From: Callorhinchus milii
Taxonomy: Eukaryota
Direction: 5' to 3'
Length of the DNA stretch: 64,000 nucleotides
Assembly: GCF_018977255.1 (NCBI RefSeq)
Contig: NW_024704742.1
Span: 70,806,001 to 70,870,000, forward strand
Shown: positions 60,706 through 64,000 of the stretch, in pieces
Layout of the letters: every line of letters starts with the position of its first letter
How positions within the stretch are numbered: the first letter of the stretch is position 1
Made by a program: the position numbers and the translations under genes
The notes under the pieces: model-generated
Seen by the model: the letters and a program-made list of their open reading frames with translations, nothing else
Database searches by the model: none
What the model was told of the DNA's origin: nothing

Positions 60706-61599
60706 GTGATGAATACAAACTTCTGGCCCAGAGGTGAGAGTGCTAGTGGCTCAGCCAGGCATTGATGGTCTGTCAGTAAAGCCAACAGCCTTTGGCAGCT
60801 TCTAGCCTGGACAATCTTTCCACCTCATTCATCCCTATTTGGCTAATGAAGCTTGTCAGCAACGACTACACAGTTTCCAGCTGAGCGTGTCAATCGATTG
60901 CAGGATCAGCTCAGGTTCCCAGAGGTGGGTGGGGGGAATCACTTTCACATGAGGTGAGTGAAGAAAGTTTGTTGGAGGGGAACACGTGAATGAGATTTGG
61001 GGATTACATAATCCTTGCATTTGATATAGTGCTTTATCACGTCTTTGAGATGTCTCAAAGTATTTCACAGAATATACTGTAAAGTGAACTGACTGTATAT
61101 TTTATAGGCAAAACGCCGTGGCAGCCATTTGTGCATGGTGGTGTCCCACAAATAGCCATGGACCAAATTTTTTAAGAGATTATTATCCCTGGAAAAGTGA
61201 TTATCAATCAACCATTGCTAGGTAAACAGAGGCATGTGGAGTAAGGAAACTTGCCTAACATTTCGCTCTGTCCGGGAATCATACTTCGATCCTCTCACCT
61301 TTGAGGCGAGCTACAGGACTGATAGTTACGGTTTCTTCAATTTATACTGGCACCTGCTGCGTATGAGTTTAGTCAAGGGCTCTGAGATGTTCGTCCACGT
61401 GAAGCGTGATTTATAAGTGGAACTCCCGGTGTCCTGACCAACAATCCTCTGGATTCATTGGTCATTCACCTCTTGGTTGTGTGGGGGACTTTGGCTATGT
61501 GTAATGTGGTTCCTTTTGCCTCTATTTCTTTCCTCCTCTCTTTTCTTTCTTTCTCTTATCATGTTCTCCTTTCCTTTCGCCTTCTTTACTTTCATTCTC

Positions 61600-61600
<1 letters not shown>

Positions 61601-61679
<79 letters not shown>
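61601..61679 (+). repeat. (CTTT)n microsatellite in a polypyrimidine tract
   Basis: Perfect TCTT repeats. Confidence 0.97.
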
Positions 61680-62814
61680 GTCTCTCTGTTTCTCTGTCTC
61701 TCTGTTTCTCTGTCACTCTCTCCCCCTCCCTCTATTCCTTCCTTCCTCGTTTCTTTTTCTGCTCCTTCCTCCTCCGCCCCTCTTCATACCTAAGATGAAT
61801 ATTCACACCTTCCTGTGTTTATGTATCCAGGTTTCTGGCTGCCTGCAGAGTGCTGCCGATTCCTGGCTGCATTGACGGGTGTTGTGAAGTGTTATTGGCC
61901 TCCAGCCCCCCATTTTATTAAAGACATCCATGCTGACACCTGCAAGATTTCCTTCTAGGCGAGAAGACAAATTAAAGCCTTGTGTCAGGGCTCTCTGGGG
62001 GAAACTTGTTTGTGTACGGAGCCATTATGTCAGGAAACAAGTTATAGAGGAATGAAGGTTGGCAGTTTAATAATGGAGTGTGTTACTCTGCTCTCATCAA
62101 GGTCTCGCTTTCTTTTGTTTGGTCAGACGTGTGTCTGTCACACACAGAAACCCTAACTCTCTCCCCCCTTCCCTTGGGACACACTCTGCTTACCTAATTT
62201 CGGAAAATATTAGGCGCAGGTTATAATAATAATAATCCTTGCATTTGATATAGCGCCTTATCACATCTTCAAGATGTCTCAAAGCTCTTCACAGAATATA
62301 CTGTAAAGTGAATTGACTGTATATTTTTGGTTAGGAAAAGACAAAGCTTGGGGACCCCAGAGTGTGCGTTGGGGTAACTGCTGAAGTCTAACCAGTTAAA
62401 ACAGCCATTGATATTACTGTCTGGCAAACTTTCACGCTGCTTGTCCAGCTAGGACCAACCTACCCATTAGGGCTTTCGCTCATAGGGTTAACAGGAGCTG
62501 AGTCGTTGGTCTACTCTGGGTCTGAGCTGGCTTCAAGGTGCTTGGCAACAGAATGTCAGAATCAACCCGATATGGCATGCTTGGTAATCCAGCTCTTGAA
62601 TTTGTGGGACGTTGCTATGTGCAAATTGGCTGCTGAATTTGCCTACAAATAGACAGTCACTACACTCTACAGTAATTCCTTATGAAACACTGAGACATTT
62701 ATTTGGCAGACTCTGTATCAAATGTAAGTATTATATGACAGTTACAACCTGCACCAATAAACCACGTTTCATGAGGGATATAACAACTCAAAACACTTTA
62801 CAGAGACAGACTAC

Positions 62815-63240
62815 TTGACTAAGTGGTAGTGCTCTTGCCTCTGAGTCAGTAGGTTGTGGGTTCAAATCCCACATCGGGACTTGGAATCACATCATCAAAG
62901 GTGACACTCAATGCAGTGCTGGGGGGGTGTTGCATTGTCGGAGGTGCCGTACTTCAGATGAGACGTTAAACTGAGCTTCCGTCTTCCTGTTTAGGTGGAC
63001 GTTAAAGATCCCATGGCACTATTTGAAAAGAGAAGGGAGTTTCTCTCTTTCAGTGTCCTGGCCGACAATCCCCCAAATAAAATTGGTCACTCACTCCATT
63101 GCTGTTTGTGGGACGTTGCTGTGCAAATTGGTTTGCCACAAAATACAGTCACTATACTTCACAGTATATCCTGTAAAGCTCTTTGAGAGAAAAGTCTCAA
63201 CAACATGATAAGGCACTAAATCAAATGCAAGGATTAATAC
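62815..63240 (+). mobile_element. tRNA-derived DeuSINE-type element (family B)
   Basis: tRNA-like head, then GGAGGTGCCGT..GATGAGACGTTAAAC..GGTGGACGTTAAAGATCCCATGGCACT, recognised as Deu-domain-like; 3' half shared with family A. Other copies ~21205-21620(+), 22510-22930(+), 29160-29480(-), 29720-30065(-), 36500-36950(+), 48820-49180(-), 57000-57400(-). Confidence 0.75.
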
Positions 63241-64000
63241 TATTGTTATAATATCCTGTAAAGCACCTTGAGATGCCCCCGTGACATGAAACGCACGTAT
63301 TAAATATATAGATTATTATTACTATAATCATTATTGCCAATGCTTTGGAACGTCAGCCTTAGACTGTGTGAACTGGTGGCTTGAACCCACAACCTTCTGA
63401 CCCAGCGTGGAGAGTGCGACAGCCAGACGGACTGACTGAGCCAGTCTGGCCCACGAATGTATTAATTCCCAGTGTTGCTTCCACCTCCGCCCCCCCAAAA
63501 AAACACACAGCCCCCTCTCCTTCCCCTATATCCAATTATATAAGACATTTTGGCTTCATTCAGATGCACTATTCTCTGAGGATTAGAAAGTACACCGGGT
63601 TAATCAATCTTCGCAAACGCTGGTAACATTCCCTCGACTAATGTCTCACTGCAAAGCCATAAATTATTAACACAAAGTGCTTCTCTACACATCCCTCCAA
63701 TGACTGCCTGTCTGCTCTGAGATTGTCCAGAACATCATATAATGACAGCATTTTTTAAAAGAAAACTCCAACCCCTCCTCCTTAATAATTACTTTGCCTG
63801 GGGGAGTTTGTGCATGTGTGTGTTGGAGTGGGGGTGGGGGGGGGGGGGGGACTGTGTTTCACACAGCCGGTACTCCCAGCCCCCACTGCCTGCCGCGTCC
63901 TTCATCATGTTCTTTATACAATTTGTTTATTGCTTATTGCTCTTGCGGAGTTTGTGCGTCTGTGTTTTTTTAATGTATTTTTGTATGTGTATGCTACACA

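Noticed and set aside
61458..61875. Hydrophobic FFLS-repeat ORFs resembling membrane proteins
   Set aside because: Translation of the (CTTT)n microsatellite.
24500..64000. DQX1, TLX2 or other coding exons downstream of AUP1
   Set aside because: No DEAH-helicase or homeobox peptide seen in the ORF track or by reading; short exons could have been missed without a search.

Overview
Repeat-dense vertebrate genomic DNA, probably a cartilaginous fish (inferred from the SINE/L2/CR1/Penelope repeat set). Two spliced genes lie in tandem on the + strand. (1) The last three coding exons and 3' UTR of MRPS26 (5444-7777, poly(A) signals ~8553-8563); exon 1 is not recognisable in the window. (2) A complete 12-exon AUP1 (ATG 9350, TGA ending 23919, 427 aa, all introns GT-AG, poly(A) signal 24342). 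The AUP1 CpG-island promoter has a perfect ER-stress element (CCAAT-N9-CCACG), three ZNF143/SBS-like motifs and two overlapping candidate uORFs. The remaining ~40 kb has no recognisable gene. It is a mosaic of two tRNA-derived SINE families, L2 and CR1 LINE fragments, and a degenerate RT+CCHC non-LTR element of uncertain clade, broken by unique islands that look like developmental enhancers (homeodomain, PBX-HOX/MEIS, CTCF motifs). Also present: a non-autonomous Helitron, two Penelope-like relics with decayed hammerhead ribozyme cores, a 28-bp minisatellite and several nested insertions with target-site duplications. No CRISPR array or prokaryotic system is present. Gene and repeat family names come from my recognition of the sequence, not from database searches.
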